From: Rubripirellula sp.
Lineage (GTDB): Bacteria; Planctomycetota; Planctomycetia; Pirellulales; Pirellulaceae
NCBI GenBank assembly: GCA_965216875.1
Contig: OZ244207.1
Coordinates: 3,328,001-3,392,000, forward strand
Direction: 5' to 3'
DNA length: 64,000 nucleotides
The stretch's first letter is position 1; each line of letters begins with the position of its first letter. Positions 46,944 through 58,000 of the stretch are shown here, piece by piece. The translations under genes were made by a program, and so were the position numbers. The notes below the pieces were generated by a model. That model did not search any database, had not been told where the DNA came from, and saw only the letters and a program-made list of their open reading frames with translations.

Positions 46944-47702
46944 ATGTCGAATCAAGTTGCTGCCGCCGCTGTCATCGACTTAGGTGACTTTTCGCACCCG
47001 CACATGGCTGACAAAGCCGCTCGCTTTGCACAGCGCAAACTTGGTGGCCTGCCGCTGACGGTTCGGATGGCAAGACGGCTAAGTGATTGTGCCCAGCTTG
47101 ACCAAGTCTACGTTGTTGGCTCAGACATGCCTTCATCGCTGCTGACCTCGGGCATTGCGGGGGTCAACACGATCAACCTGCCTTCAGCGCATCGATGCGA
47201 GCGATTTTGTGCAGTTGCTGATGCGACCGGCGCCGATTGGTTGGTTTGCGTTCCGGCCAACCAGCCCTTTGTCGACGCAACGTTGATCGACCAATTGATT
47301 GCCAAAGCCAAAAAAATGCCCGAGTGTGATTACGTGGGCTACGCATCCTGTGGCGGCGATTGGCGCCGCATGGTTCAACTCGGCCTGGCAGGCGAGGCCT
47401 GCCACAGCGACACATTGCGGCGGCTGCGGGCCAACGCTGACCGGATGACTTCGGGCGAGGGTCAATCGGTCGCGTCGATGCTCGAATCGGCTCCTGGCGC
47501 GTATCACCTCAAGTTTGTGCCCGTTCCAAGTGAACTGGATCGTGACGACCTGCGGTTTGCTGTCGAAGATGAATCGGATTGGGACGACGCCCAGTTGCTC
47601 TGTGAAACTGTGACCGAAGAAGATTCGGCTTGGCAGCAACTCACGCAGCTCTTGATGGGCAACGAACCACTGCGTGAATCGATGGCGACTCGCAATTCTT
47701 AA
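46944..47702 (+). CDS. Cytidylyltransferase-like (SpsF/CMP-Kdo synthetase fold) protein, divergent
   Basis: AAGGAG RBS; KLGGLPL..RMARRL, ANQPFVDATLIDQL, LRFAVEDESD. The canonical ARxxSxR motif is absent. Confidence 0.7.
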   Translation: MSNQVAAAAVIDLGDFSHPHMADKAARFAQRKLGGLPLTVRMARRLSDCAQLDQVYVVGSDMPSSLLTSGIAGVNTINLPSAHRCERFCAVADATGADWLVCVPANQPFVDATLIDQLIAKAKKMPECDYVGYASCGGDWRRMVQLGLAGEACHSDTLRRLRANADRMTSGEGQSVASMLESAPGAYHLKFVPVPSELDRDDLRFAVEDESDWDDAQLLCETVTEEDSAWQQLTQLLMGNEPLRESMATRNS

Positions 47703-47902
47703 CCTGAGCGAATCAGGAATCGTCAAAGCTTTCCTCAAGGTACCAGTCTGCCTAACCGATACAGACCGATAAGGAGACGACCTCTGGTCTTCTCCTCGTG
47801 TTGGGCAAACGATGCGATTGGCGCCTGAGAAGAATGCATCGCTTGCTTTTGTCGCGTGATCATCTGCCAATGATCACAGACTTTGAGACCAAGTGATTGC
47901 TC

Positions 47903-48412
47903 ATGACGATCCAAACGAAATCGAATTCGAATTCAAAAGCACGCACTGCGCTGACCGCATTCCTGTTGGTCGCGACAGCGATTCCGGCGGGCGGCTGCCG
48001 AATCTGCGCCGAGTGCAACGACTTGGACTATCCAGCCTACGGCGGCGCTTGGCAACGAACGCGGCGTGATGCCGGTCGAGTCGGCAGCGTCTTCGATCCT
48101 GCGGGCGCAAAGGCCGCCGATTTGGTCGCACGTGACGAACCCGAACGGCCGGACCAGCGCGAGCGTCGACGCCAAACCGAAGCAGGCGTGATCTCGCCGT
48201 TCCGACGTGATCGCGAAGAAAGCGATACCGGCAACGCTGATCCCGTCGAGTCGGACGACGCCGATCAATTGCGCGAGCGAAGCGAAGAACTTCGCAACCG
48301 ATCCCTCGATGACATCCAAATCGAAGGCGAAGAGAACCTGCGCAACAAAGGCATCGACGACATCGAGATCAACGTCGTTCCGGGCCAACCAGCCCCACCC
48401 GCCGTGCTGTAG
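47903..48412 (+). CDS. Hypothetical lipoprotein-like protein
   Basis: Signal-like stretch followed by GGCRICAEC; acidic, disordered C-terminus. Confidence 0.65.
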   Translation: MTIQTKSNSNSKARTALTAFLLVATAIPAGGCRICAECNDLDYPAYGGAWQRTRRDAGRVGSVFDPAGAKAADLVARDEPERPDQRERRRQTEAGVISPFRRDREESDTGNADPVESDDADQLRERSEELRNRSLDDIQIEGEENLRNKGIDDIEINVVPGQPAPPAVL

Positions 48413-48510
48413 GGCGATCTTTTCGTCGCCTGCTACCGCGACAGAGCTGCCTGGATTAGGATTCGTCGGTTCCCGATTTGCTTCCAATTGGATCCGACAA
48501 CACCGACGCC

Positions 48511-49059
48511 ATGGTAGATCTGCAAAGTTACGTTCGTGACATCCCCGACTATCCCAAGCCGGGAATCTTGTTTCGTGACATCACCCCGTTGCTTGCCGAT
48601 CCCGAAGCGATCAAGGCCGCCGCAGCTGCGCTCGCAGAGCCGTTCGTGGGCAAAGGCATCGACATTGTCGCCGCAGCGGAAGCCCGAGGCTTTATCTTTG
48701 CCGCACCTTTGGCGATTCAGCTCGGCGCAGGGTTCGTGCCGATTCGGAAACCAGGCAAACTTCCCTTTGACCTGCACTCGTTCGCCTACGAACTTGAATA
48801 CGGGACAGATGAACTACAGATTCACGTCGATGGGGTGAAACCTGGGCAACGCGTGTTGATCGTTGACGATCTGTTGGCGACCGGTGGCACGATGGAAGCT
48901 TGCCTCAGGCTGCTAGAAAAGTGCGACGCCGAAATCGTTGGCTGCACGTTCTTGATTCACCTGGCACAGCTAGGCGGCGAAGCGCGGCTGAGTCCCTATC
49001 CGGTTCACTCCGTGCTCCGCTACGACCAAGACGACCACGAAGCCGAACTGAATTATTGA
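48511..49059 (+). CDS. apt: Adenine phosphoribosyltransferase
   Basis: IPDYPKPGILFRDITPLL, EARGF, RKPGKLP, YELEYG, VDDLLATGGT. Confidence 0.97.
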   Translation: MVDLQSYVRDIPDYPKPGILFRDITPLLADPEAIKAAAAALAEPFVGKGIDIVAAAEARGFIFAAPLAIQLGAGFVPIRKPGKLPFDLHSFAYELEYGTDELQIHVDGVKPGQRVLIVDDLLATGGTMEACLRLLEKCDAEIVGCTFLIHLAQLGGEARLSPYPVHSVLRYDQDDHEAELNY

Positions 49060-49069
49060 GTTGGCCAAC

Positions 49070-49139
49070 GTAGGGTGTGTGCTTGCACGCACCAAATCGA
49101 GTGGCATTGATGGGTGGTGCGTGCAAGCACACACCCTAC
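49070..49139. repeat. GTAG-type REP doublet (perfect 25 bp inverted repeat, 20 bp spacer)
   Basis: gtagggtgtgtgcttgcacgcacca (49070-49094) and its exact reverse complement (49115-49139), between convergent genes. Confidence 0.9.
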
Positions 49140-49163
49140 AAGATCATCCCACAGCTCGACCGT

Positions 49164-49682
49164 CTAGATCCAGCGGTCGAGTGTGTCTTCAGCGACTTCG
49201 AAGACAGAGGTCAACGTTTCCTGAATGCGATCGGCCGTTCCAAGTCGGTCACCCAAACCGGGTGTGGCCATCAGCGCAAACAGGAACAACACGAACCCAC
49301 CGAAGACCACCGCAGCGCTGCTGGGATCTTCGTAGCGTTTGCCACCAATACGCGCCAGCCAAGAATTGCGAATCGGTTCTGGCTTGGTCAAATCCCTCAA
49401 GCGGCGCAATCCCATCTGCACGTGACCGTCGGGCGCGTTGAAGAACCATTGCGGGTGGACTTCGTGTTGAGTGCCGTCAAAGTCGAGCACCCATGGCCGT
49501 CCCACCTTTAGCTTCGCAGCATCTTTTGGTCCCACCAAGACGGTGAAACCATCAATCGATGTCTCTTGAATCGTCGCCTTGGCTTTGCGGCGTCCAACAC
49601 GCACCAGAGCATTGCCTTGTTGCGATTGAACGGGGCACCGGTAGAAGCTGGGTTGATCGGCAGTGTCAGGAGCGTTGTTCAT
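49164..49682 (-). CDS. Hypothetical protein with a PilZ-like beta-barrel and a C-terminal TM
   Basis: FYRCPV...ATIQETSIDGFTVLV resembles a degenerate PilZ (D/NxSxxG) domain; one TM. Confidence 0.6.
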   Translation of the reverse strand: MNNAPDTADQPSFYRCPVQSQQGNALVRVGRRKAKATIQETSIDGFTVLVGPKDAAKLKVGRPWVLDFDGTQHEVHPQWFFNAPDGHVQMGLRRLRDLTKPEPIRNSWLARIGGKRYEDPSSAAVVFGGFVLFLFALMATPGLGDRLGTADRIQETLTSVFEVAEDTLDRWI

Positions 49683-50085
49683 CGGATCTAGTCACAAGGA
49701 GATAAGCTTTGTGGTCAGTCACGCCCCCGATTCCGCCCCCTGCTGCGATCCCTCCGAGACGAAGGGCCCTCCGAAACGAAGGGACAACTGGCGCGGTATG
49801 ACTCGCCACCAAAACCTATGTGACAAACCTGATCTTCGCGGCAAACTTGATCAAATCACGATGATTCTCATGGGGATAACCCTCATGCCGTGGCAGGCTG
49901 TGACGGTTATTCCGAACACGGCGTCCCCCTGAGGTGGGTCGGCGTGCCCTGGTGCACCGAGGGTCAGCATCATCGACCTTAACGGTCGTAACCATTGTTT
50001 GTGCGGCGCCCATCAAACGCATTGTGACGGTCCAATCATGTCGATGGCTTATCCGGTGGAATGAATCCCTCGGTAAGACCATCCT

Positions 50086-52200
50086 ATGCGCAGATTTTCC
50101 CTCGCACCCATCGCCTCGATCGTCACCCTGGTCGCGGCAAGCTGCATTGCCAGCGCCGACGAACCCTACCGTAGGACCGGTCAGGACATCATCGATTTCT
50201 ACCGATCCGCCGCACTTGCCGATCGCGTAGAAACCGGGCTGCAGCTCGTTGGCCCCGAGGATCTCTCGGAGACTCGCGAAGCGTCGGATCAGCTCATCGA
50301 CGAGGAGCTACTGGACGGTACCGCGTTATCGGACGATCTGCTGTTGAACGATCGGGAAGACAGCGTCTTGCTTGACGGCGACGACCTGCTCGGGGGCGAC
50401 GATCTGATTGGGGGCGGGAGTGAGAGTGACCCGCTGAGCGACCTCGGTTCCGAACCGATCGTCTTGCCGCCCCCCAATCAAGTCGACCCGCACGAAGCTC
50501 TATGGACCGAAGACTGCTACCCATCGGCCGAGACCTGCCGCAAGTGCCACCCGAGCCAGTACGAGGAATGGCGCGTGAGCGGTCATGCCTACGCGGCGGT
50601 GTCGCCGATGTTCCATCGATTCGAACAGGCGATGACCGAATACACGCAGGGGACCGTAGGATCCTTTTGCGTTCGGTGCCACTCGCCCGTGGGCACTCAA
50701 TTGAAATACCCTCGATCGGACAGCTACCTCGACGCGCCGCCGGTCGTTCGTGAAGGTGTCACTTGTATCTCCTGCCACCGCGTTCGAGAACACTACTGGC
50801 GCAGCAACGGCGATCGGCGGATTGAACCGGGCAACATTCATCAAGGTGTCGGCGGAACATCCGGAGGCGCCGGAGTCGCCGAAGCAGTCTCAAGAGCGGC
50901 CGAGCTCAAGCTGAAACTGTCAGCCGATGGCTCCGCACATTCCTACCACACCCATTCTTCGCCACACGGCTCTTCTGGACATGGTGGTTCCAATTCTGGC
51001 GCAACCGGTCCGGGCCAACCTATGCATGCTTCGTCGTACTTCTTCGAGCCGCTTAAGAACAGTGATGTCTGCGTTTCCTGTCATCAGGTCGCCGTCCATC
51101 CTGGCATCTGGCTGGAAGTCGTTCACGCGCAATACCGGAGCGGTCCAGCGGCGGAAAAGGGCATCACGTGTCAACAATGTCACATGGGATCGGTTCCAGG
51201 CAAACCAGATGGCTACGATTGGGGACATGTCGCGGAAATCAACGGCAAGCCCTTCGGAGCGCCGCGCAAGAAATCGAGCCACATGTTTTGGGGACCGGGT
51301 TTCTCGATCGCTCACCCAGGCATCTTTCCTCACAATCCTAAGGCCGCCCAGTATTCGCCGCGTCAATGGTTGAAATTCGACTACCGCGCCGGATGGGGCA
51401 CCGAGGCCTTTGAATCCGCAGTGCAGGTGGGAACCTTTTTCCCACCTCCATGGGACAACGCCGACGATCGCCGCGACGCACGCCGCATCATCGACAAGAA
51501 CTTAGCCAAGCTTGACGAGAAACGTGGCTCGGCAATCATCACGATGGAAGCCGGACTCGATGTCGAAGGCCCCTACTTTGGAAAGCAGCCGCGTGTTGGC
51601 CAACCACTCACGGTTCGCTACAAGGTTTCCAACAAGAGCGAAGGACACAACCTTCCAACGGGATCCTTGGGAGCTCAACCGCAGCTATGGCTGAACGTTG
51701 TTTTGATCGATCCTGATGGCTGCCGGGTTTGGGAAAGCGGTTACCTTGACCGCAACGCTGACTTGGCCGACATGCATTCGGTCGAAGTCGCCAAGGGGCG
51801 CATTCGGCGCGATAAAGACCTGTTCAATTTGCAGACCAAGTTCCTGATCAACAACATTCGCGGAACGGATCGCGAGGCGGCATTGCCTCTCAACTTTAGC
51901 CTCGACCAGCTCGCGTTCCTGCGTCCCGGTGCCGTCCCCGTCAGTGTGTTGAACCATCCGCCCTTGATCCGAATGGAAGCACATTCGATTCCTCCATTGG
52001 ATCACCGAATGCCTGCCTATCGGATTCCCGCATCGGCCTTCCGCAAAAAGGGGGCCTATCGGTTGAGCGTTCGGATGCGCAGCCGAACCGAACCTCCCTA
52101 TTTCATGCGTCAAATCCATAGCACACCCGATATGATTCGCCGAATGAGCGAGAACATCTTGGACCTGCGTCAAAGCAGCCGCACGTTCCTGGTGAAGTGA
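50086..52200 (+). CDS. Exported multiheme cytochrome c (5 CxxCH, c554-like N-terminal part)
   Basis: Signal peptide; CRKCH, CVRCH, CISCH, CVSCH, CQQCH; EGHNLPTG. Confidence 0.92.
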   Translation: MRRFSLAPIASIVTLVAASCIASADEPYRRTGQDIIDFYRSAALADRVETGLQLVGPEDLSETREASDQLIDEELLDGTALSDDLLLNDREDSVLLDGDDLLGGDDLIGGGSESDPLSDLGSEPIVLPPPNQVDPHEALWTEDCYPSAETCRKCHPSQYEEWRVSGHAYAAVSPMFHRFEQAMTEYTQGTVGSFCVRCHSPVGTQLKYPRSDSYLDAPPVVREGVTCISCHRVREHYWRSNGDRRIEPGNIHQGVGGTSGGAGVAEAVSRAAELKLKLSADGSAHSYHTHSSPHGSSGHGGSNSGATGPGQPMHASSYFFEPLKNSDVCVSCHQVAVHPGIWLEVVHAQYRSGPAAEKGITCQQCHMGSVPGKPDGYDWGHVAEINGKPFGAPRKKSSHMFWGPGFSIAHPGIFPHNPKAAQYSPRQWLKFDYRAGWGTEAFESAVQVGTFFPPPWDNADDRRDARRIIDKNLAKLDEKRGSAIITMEAGLDVEGPYFGKQPRVGQPLTVRYKVSNKSEGHNLPTGSLGAQPQLWLNVVLIDPDGCRVWESGYLDRNADLADMHSVEVAKGRIRRDKDLFNLQTKFLINNIRGTDREAALPLNFSLDQLAFLRPGAVPVSVLNHPPLIRMEAHSIPPLDHRMPAYRIPASAFRKKGAYRLSVRMRSRTEPPYFMRQIHSTPDMIRRMSENILDLRQSSRTFLVK

Positions 52201-52207
52201 AGCAACC

Positions 52208-54043
52208 TTGATCAACCCTTTCAAACACAACCGCTTCCGAGCAAACGTTCGGGCAATCCGAAAACGAGCCGCCCATCGGCTGGTCGTTCTGGGTGCGTTG
52301 TGCGCAAGCTGCATCGGATCGATCGCCCACAACGCGAATGCCGATCCACCGTCCTACGCAACCGCATCGACCTTTCGATTACCAGATCGAACCGTGCCCC
52401 TGCGACTGCCCGCGGTCACCCAGCCGACCTGGGGTGAAGTGTCACCTGAGGGTCTCAGCGAAATCCAAACCGCTGCCGCGTCTGCCATTGGCAGCGAACT
52501 TCAGCCGCCTCGCACGGACGCACAGGGCATCCGAGTCACAGCTCTTGATCCCGTTCGCTTTGATCGCGCGATCGAGGCCTCACTCGCTTCGCTCGTTGCC
52601 GAGTCCGTTCCCTCACACTCAGCGGTCGATCCAGAACCCATTGACTTTGCCCCTTGCGAAAGCGAGGACTGCAGCGATGCAGCTCGCTACGCAAACGACT
52701 TTTCGCCAACGCCGCTGCCGCAAGCTGGCATGTACCACGATGGCGATCGCGAACAATGGGTTTACGATGCGAAGCGAGCGGTCCCGACGCAACACCCGTG
52801 GGTCGAATGGGGACGGATCTTTTATGGGGATGGCATCACGCCGCGCGGTCGCAATTGGTGGGGCAGCAAGAACCTGGCCCGGCCTAAGTTCTATGTGTAC
52901 GGCGACTACCGCACCGCGATTGCTACTGGCCGAAACGCCGTGGGTCGGACGGACAACTGGGGCAATCGACTCAACCTCGATTTTGATCTACAGCTGACCG
53001 ACACCGAACGATTCCACGCGTTCATTGGACCACTCGACAAGGGCGCTCAGGTCACGCGTTGGGAACGAGTTGCAGGCGACTACAAGTATCGTGAGGAGTT
53101 CGACCTTACTCCTGTGACCGGCTACTTCGAAGGTGACCTGGGAGCCATTTTGGGTGCGCTCGACAATCACTCATCACCATTCGAGTTGCCCTTCACAATC
53201 GGCTTGGTCCCACTTCTGTTTCAAAACGGCATTTGGATGGAAGACGCTGTGACGGGCGCTGCTTTTGCATTGCCAGCTCGACATAGCCGCCTTCTCAATT
53301 GGTCCAACTACGATGCCACCTTCTTTGCTGTGGTGGACCAACTCAACAGTCCCGCCTTTGCCAGTGACCATTCAGCACAAGCGTTTGGGACCGCTTGGTT
53401 CATCGAAGCCTATGGCGGATACATCGAAGCGGGATACGCCTACCTGCGTGACCGCAACTTCAGCCAGCTCAGCTACCACAACATCACGGCGAGTTTTACG
53501 CGGCGTTACTTCGACCGCATCAGCAACAGTGTTCGTGTGATCGTCAACACAGGACAAGAACTCGATGATGCCGCGCGGACCGCCGACGGAGTGTTGTTGC
53601 TGGTCGAGAACAGTTGGATCACCGCGGCACCCCTAACCGTCGTCCCCTACGCCAACTTCTTCGTTGGTTGGGACCGCCCCCAATCGGTTGCTCGTGCCGG
53701 CGTTTCGGGAGGCATCTTGCGAAACACAGGAATCAACTTTGACACCGACGGCGTCAATGGCTTGGCGACTCTCGATCCGACGGCCAGCGACACCGCTGGG
53801 TTTAGTCTCGGGATTGATTTGCTTGGACAAGATCTCGACCGACAACTTCTGCTCGAGTTCGCCTACGTCACACCGCACGGCAATAAGAACGCTTCCGTTC
53901 CAGACGACCAATACGGTGTTGCGGCCCGCTATCAGTTTCCGATTTCGCATCGGACACTCTTGCGATTCGACACCCTCTATGGCTGGCGTCGAGGCCTACA
54001 TGACGTCTACGGAACGCGGATGGAATACCGCTGGAAGTTCTAA
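52208..54043 (+). CDS. Putative outer-membrane beta-barrel protein
   Basis: Signal-like N-terminus; alternating aromatic beta-strands; C-terminal strand GTRMEYRWKF ending in Phe; starts 7 bp after the cytochrome stop. Start uncertain. Confidence 0.7.
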   Translation: MINPFKHNRFRANVRAIRKRAAHRLVVLGALCASCIGSIAHNANADPPSYATASTFRLPDRTVPLRLPAVTQPTWGEVSPEGLSEIQTAAASAIGSELQPPRTDAQGIRVTALDPVRFDRAIEASLASLVAESVPSHSAVDPEPIDFAPCESEDCSDAARYANDFSPTPLPQAGMYHDGDREQWVYDAKRAVPTQHPWVEWGRIFYGDGITPRGRNWWGSKNLARPKFYVYGDYRTAIATGRNAVGRTDNWGNRLNLDFDLQLTDTERFHAFIGPLDKGAQVTRWERVAGDYKYREEFDLTPVTGYFEGDLGAILGALDNHSSPFELPFTIGLVPLLFQNGIWMEDAVTGAAFALPARHSRLLNWSNYDATFFAVVDQLNSPAFASDHSAQAFGTAWFIEAYGGYIEAGYAYLRDRNFSQLSYHNITASFTRRYFDRISNSVRVIVNTGQELDDAARTADGVLLLVENSWITAAPLTVVPYANFFVGWDRPQSVARAGVSGGILRNTGINFDTDGVNGLATLDPTASDTAGFSLGIDLLGQDLDRQLLLEFAYVTPHGNKNASVPDDQYGVAARYQFPISHRTLLRFDTLYGWRRGLHDVYGTRMEYRWKF

Positions 54044-54101
54044 GCGTAGGTCATGCTCCGCATGACAATCGAACAGTGTCATGCACAGCATGACCTACCA
54101 G

Positions 54102-54929
54102 CTAAACCCCGCCCTGAGCAATCATCGCGCCGTAGAACCCGCCTGCGATGAAACCCATGATCATCGCGGCAACGAAAAACCGCCAGGTTTCATCCCAATT
54201 CTTAATCACATGATAGAGGATGTAGAAAGGCACAAACATGCACAGAACACCCTTGACGACGTCCTGCTTGAACGCATGGACGACTACCAACAACTGAGCC
54301 CCCATGCTAACCATCTGGCACCCGAGAGCCGCCAAAAAGAAGAACAGAGCAAGTGGGTTAAAGTTGAAATTGGTGTCAACGCGGCGCGATGCATTGACTG
54401 CCAACACGGCAATCGTCAGCCCGCTGCCGATCATGAACAAGACCAGAGCAAGCATCCACCAAGGCATGCCGGCACCGGCGATCATGTCCTTCTGCATCTT
54501 CTTGGCTTCGGCCATATCGGACTCGGCCTTCTGCAGAGCGATCGTCCCCTGGTCGATATCAACGCCAGCGGTCTTGTGCGATTCGTAGCGTTCGCCCGTT
54601 TGTGTGTGGTAGCCACACTTGGTGCACAGCACCGCTCCCGCAGGCATTTCTGCACGACACGCCGGGCAGACCGCTGCGACTTGTTCGCTAAAGCCCTCTT
54701 CGTTGAACAGGTCGTCCATCCGACTGCTCGCTCCCGCCGTAGCTGCTGGACGGGGCGCGGCCGGCCGAGGCGGTGGTTGCTGCGGCGCGGGCTGCTGCGT
54801 TGCACCTTGTTGCGATCCACCAGGTACTTGCAGCACGCTGCCACACGCTGGGCATTTCACCTTTTTTCCCGCATGTTCATCGCGGACGTTCAGCGTTTTA
54901 CCGCACTGACAGCTAAGAGGAATCGGCAT
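54102..54929 (-). CDS. Zinc-ribbon membrane protein
   Basis: CQCGK...CPACG and CPAC...CTKCG zinc ribbons; several C-terminal TM helices. Confidence 0.8.
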   Translation of the reverse strand: MPIPLSCQCGKTLNVRDEHAGKKVKCPACGSVLQVPGGSQQGATQQPAPQQPPPRPAAPRPAATAGASSRMDDLFNEEGFSEQVAAVCPACRAEMPAGAVLCTKCGYHTQTGERYESHKTAGVDIDQGTIALQKAESDMAEAKKMQKDMIAGAGMPWWMLALVLFMIGSGLTIAVLAVNASRRVDTNFNFNPLALFFFLAALGCQMVSMGAQLLVVVHAFKQDVVKGVLCMFVPFYILYHVIKNWDETWRFFVAAMIMGFIAGGFYGAMIAQGGV

Positions 54930-55055
54930 CGCGGTTCGGTCGAATCGTAGAGGAGACGCAGGAAGTTGGCGGGGCAAGTCCCTATTCTACTTCCTTTTTT
55001 CAAAGGGTCGAAAGGTGACCACCTGGAAGCGAGCTCAAATGTGAGCCCGCCTGCA

Positions 55056-58000
55056 TTACCCCATTTTTCGCTTCAACCGTTCAATATCGGCTTCCACCGA
55101 CTCGCGCCGGCGGATCAATTCAGCGAGCGATTCTCGCTCTTTTTGCACAACTTCTTCGGGGGCACGCGCGACAAAGTTCTCGTTCGAGAGCTTTCCTTCC
55201 TTGCCCGAGATCTGCTTGGTCAACTGTCCCTGCAGCTTTTCGAGTCGGGCAAGCTCCGCTTCGACGTCAATGAACTTCTCGAGGTCGACATGGACATCGA
55301 TGTCGATTGCCGTCAAAGCCATCGGGGCATTCGTCTCGAAAGGCTCAACGCCCGGGCCGAGTTGAACGATGTCGGCACCGCAAAGACCTGCGAAGTAACT
55401 CTGCATCGGTTCAAGCAAACTCTGCGAAGACTCGCTGCAACGGATCGCGACCGGCACGGTTTCCTGAGGTGGGATGTTTTGGCTCGCCCGGATTTGGCGA
55501 ATGGCACTCACCACCTGCTGGAACTCACTGAACTGACGCTCGATCGCTTCGTCATGATGGCTCGCTTCGGCAACGGGCCAATCGGCCAGCATTGCGAACT
55601 TCGAAACCGACTTCGGCTCGGGCACACCGCGCTCGGCGGCGGCATCATTGAGGTGTTCCCAGATCGCTTCGGTAACAAACGGCATCGTTGGATGCAACAA
55701 ACGCAGCAGCGTGTCCAAACCGTGCGCAAGCACAGCCTGGACGGTGGCTCGTTTGTCCGGATCGTTCAAACGCGGTTTGGCGATCTCGACGTAGAAGCTA
55801 CAGAACTCATCCCAAGCAAAGTCGTAAAGAATCCGGCTCGACTCCGCATAGTGGTAATGCTCGATCGCCTCGGTCACTTCCGACGTCACCGTCGACAAGC
55901 GACTCAGCAACCAACGGTCCTCCAGTGGAAGCGATGCCACATCAACCGACTGTGGGGCGTAACCTTCAAAGTTCATCAGTGCGAAGCGAGCGGCATTCCA
56001 CAACTTGTTCACAAAGTTGCGCGCGGTTTCGAAACGTTCCGAAATCACCGGTGCCCGAGGATGCGCACGATCTTCTTCGCTCTCAGCCCACTGTGTCGAA
56101 AAGGTCTTGCCGCATTTGGGGCAGGGAATCGTCTTGAGCTCACGGTTCTTCTTGGTTTGATCAATACGCTCTTCGCAGTGGGGACACTCAAACGACACCG
56201 GCATGCGAACGTCTTGCGTGTCGGTCGCAATTCGGGCCAGTCCAAACCGCAGCGCATCGGGGCCGAATTTGTCGATCACGTCGATCGGATCAACACCGTT
56301 GCCCTTACTCTTGCTCATCGTCTCGCCAAGACCATCAAGGATCTTGGGATGAATAAAGACTTCGCTAAACGGGATCTCACCGAGATTGTTCAGGCCCATC
56401 AAAACCATCCGCGCGACCCACAACGTGATGATGTCACGCGAGGTGATCAACGTGCTGGTGGGATAGAAGTAGTCAAGCTCGGCCGTTTTCTGAGGCCAAC
56501 CGAGCGTGCTGTGTGGCCACAGCGCTGACGAGAACCAAGTATCCAGAACGTCGGGGTCCCGTTCGAGTCCCAGCGCTTCGACCTTTTGCTCGAGCGATTC
56601 GTTCTCTTCACGCAGACAAACGAAGACGAAAACGGTTCCGTCTTCGCTTGCATCGGCGCGCGTGGCAATCTGATCCGATTCCTCAATGGCATTGACTTTC
56701 TCGAGCAACGCATCCGCGTCGGCCTTGCTCGCGCAACTTGCCGACCAAATCGGAATCCGGTGTCCCCACCAAAGCTGACGACTGACCGGCCAATCGCGTT
56801 TTTCGCCCAGCCAATCGAGGTAACCTTTTCGATAACGCTCGGGAAAGATCTTCACGCGTTGGTCTTCAACGGCATCGATCGCCGACTGAGACAACTCGGC
56901 CATCGCCACAAACCACTGATCGGCAAGGTACGGTTCAATGGCGGTCTTGCTGCGGTCACTCAGCGGAAGCTCGATGTCGCGGTCTTCGACATCGCCAAGC
57001 AGTTCGAGCTTTTCCAAGTCGGCAACCACTTGCTTGCGAGCTTGTTTGATCGTCAAGCCAGCGTATTTGCCGCCGTCGCTGTTGATCGTGCCATCCGAAT
57101 TCAAGATGTTGATCATCGGCAGCTCACAGCGCAAACCGACTTCGTAGTCATTCGGGTCGTGCGCGGGGGTGATCTTCACACAACCGCTTCCTAGTTCCGG
57201 CTTGGCCCATTGATCAGCAACCAGCGGAATGGGTCGATCCATCAGCGGCAACATCAATTGACGTCCATCGAGCGCCATGTCGCGAAGCTGCTCAAGCGAA
57301 CCGAGCATCGACGCACGGCGCTCGGCAAGGGCATCGAGCTGCGTTTGGATTGGTTCCTTCTCTTTGTCGGTCGCCTCGTCCAGCTTCTTCTTCAGCTCGG
57401 CTTCGACCTTGTCGAGTGCCTTTGCGGGATCGGGGTGAACGGCAACAGCCGTATCGCCAAGCATCGTCTCGGGACGCGTCGTTGCAATCTCAATCCTCTC
57501 CGGCTCGCCAGGTTTCGGATCGATCACTGGATAGTAGAAGTGCCAGAAGTGACCTTTTTGGGTGACGTTCTTCACTTCGTCATTGCTGACCGCGGTCTGC
57601 AAAAACGTGTCCCAGTTGACCAAACGCTTGCCGCGATAGATCAACGATTTTTCGAATAGGTCAAAGAACGTGGCGCGAACCGCCGCGGCGCACGTTTCAT
57701 CGAGGGTGAATCGGGTACGGTCCCAATCACAACTGCACCCCATTCGCTTGAGTTGTCCGAGGATGCGAGCTTCGTACTGGTCCTTCCATTTCCAAATGCG
57801 CTCGACCAGCGCATCACGACCGAGATCGTGACGCGTCTTGTTCTCATTTTCTTTGAGCCGGCGTTCCACCACGGCCTGGGTCGCGATACCCGCGTGGTCG
57901 GTGCCGGGCATCCAAAGTGCTTCGTAACCTTGCATCCGCTTGGTGCGAATGACAATGTCTTGAAGGGTGTTGTTCAGACCGTGGCCAAGGTGAAGGGCGC

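Noticed and set aside
49690..50040. Several TGTGAC half-sites and a TTGATcaaATCAC motif upstream of the multiheme cytochrome (Crp/Fnr-like)
   Set aside because: Spacing and second half-sites do not fit TGTGA-N6-TCACA or TTGAT-N4-ATCAA; too weak to call.
50086..52200. Hydroxylamine/hydrazine oxidoreductase (anammox-type) call
   Set aside because: Only five CxxCH motifs rather than eight, and no supporting pathway genes in the window.
54966..56528. Long antisense ORFs (this 520 aa one; also 2497-3540, 10052-11005, 13566-14726, 27201-28229, 36792-37661)
   Set aside because: They lie opposite well-supported genes and have no motifs; such ORFs are expected in GC-rich DNA.
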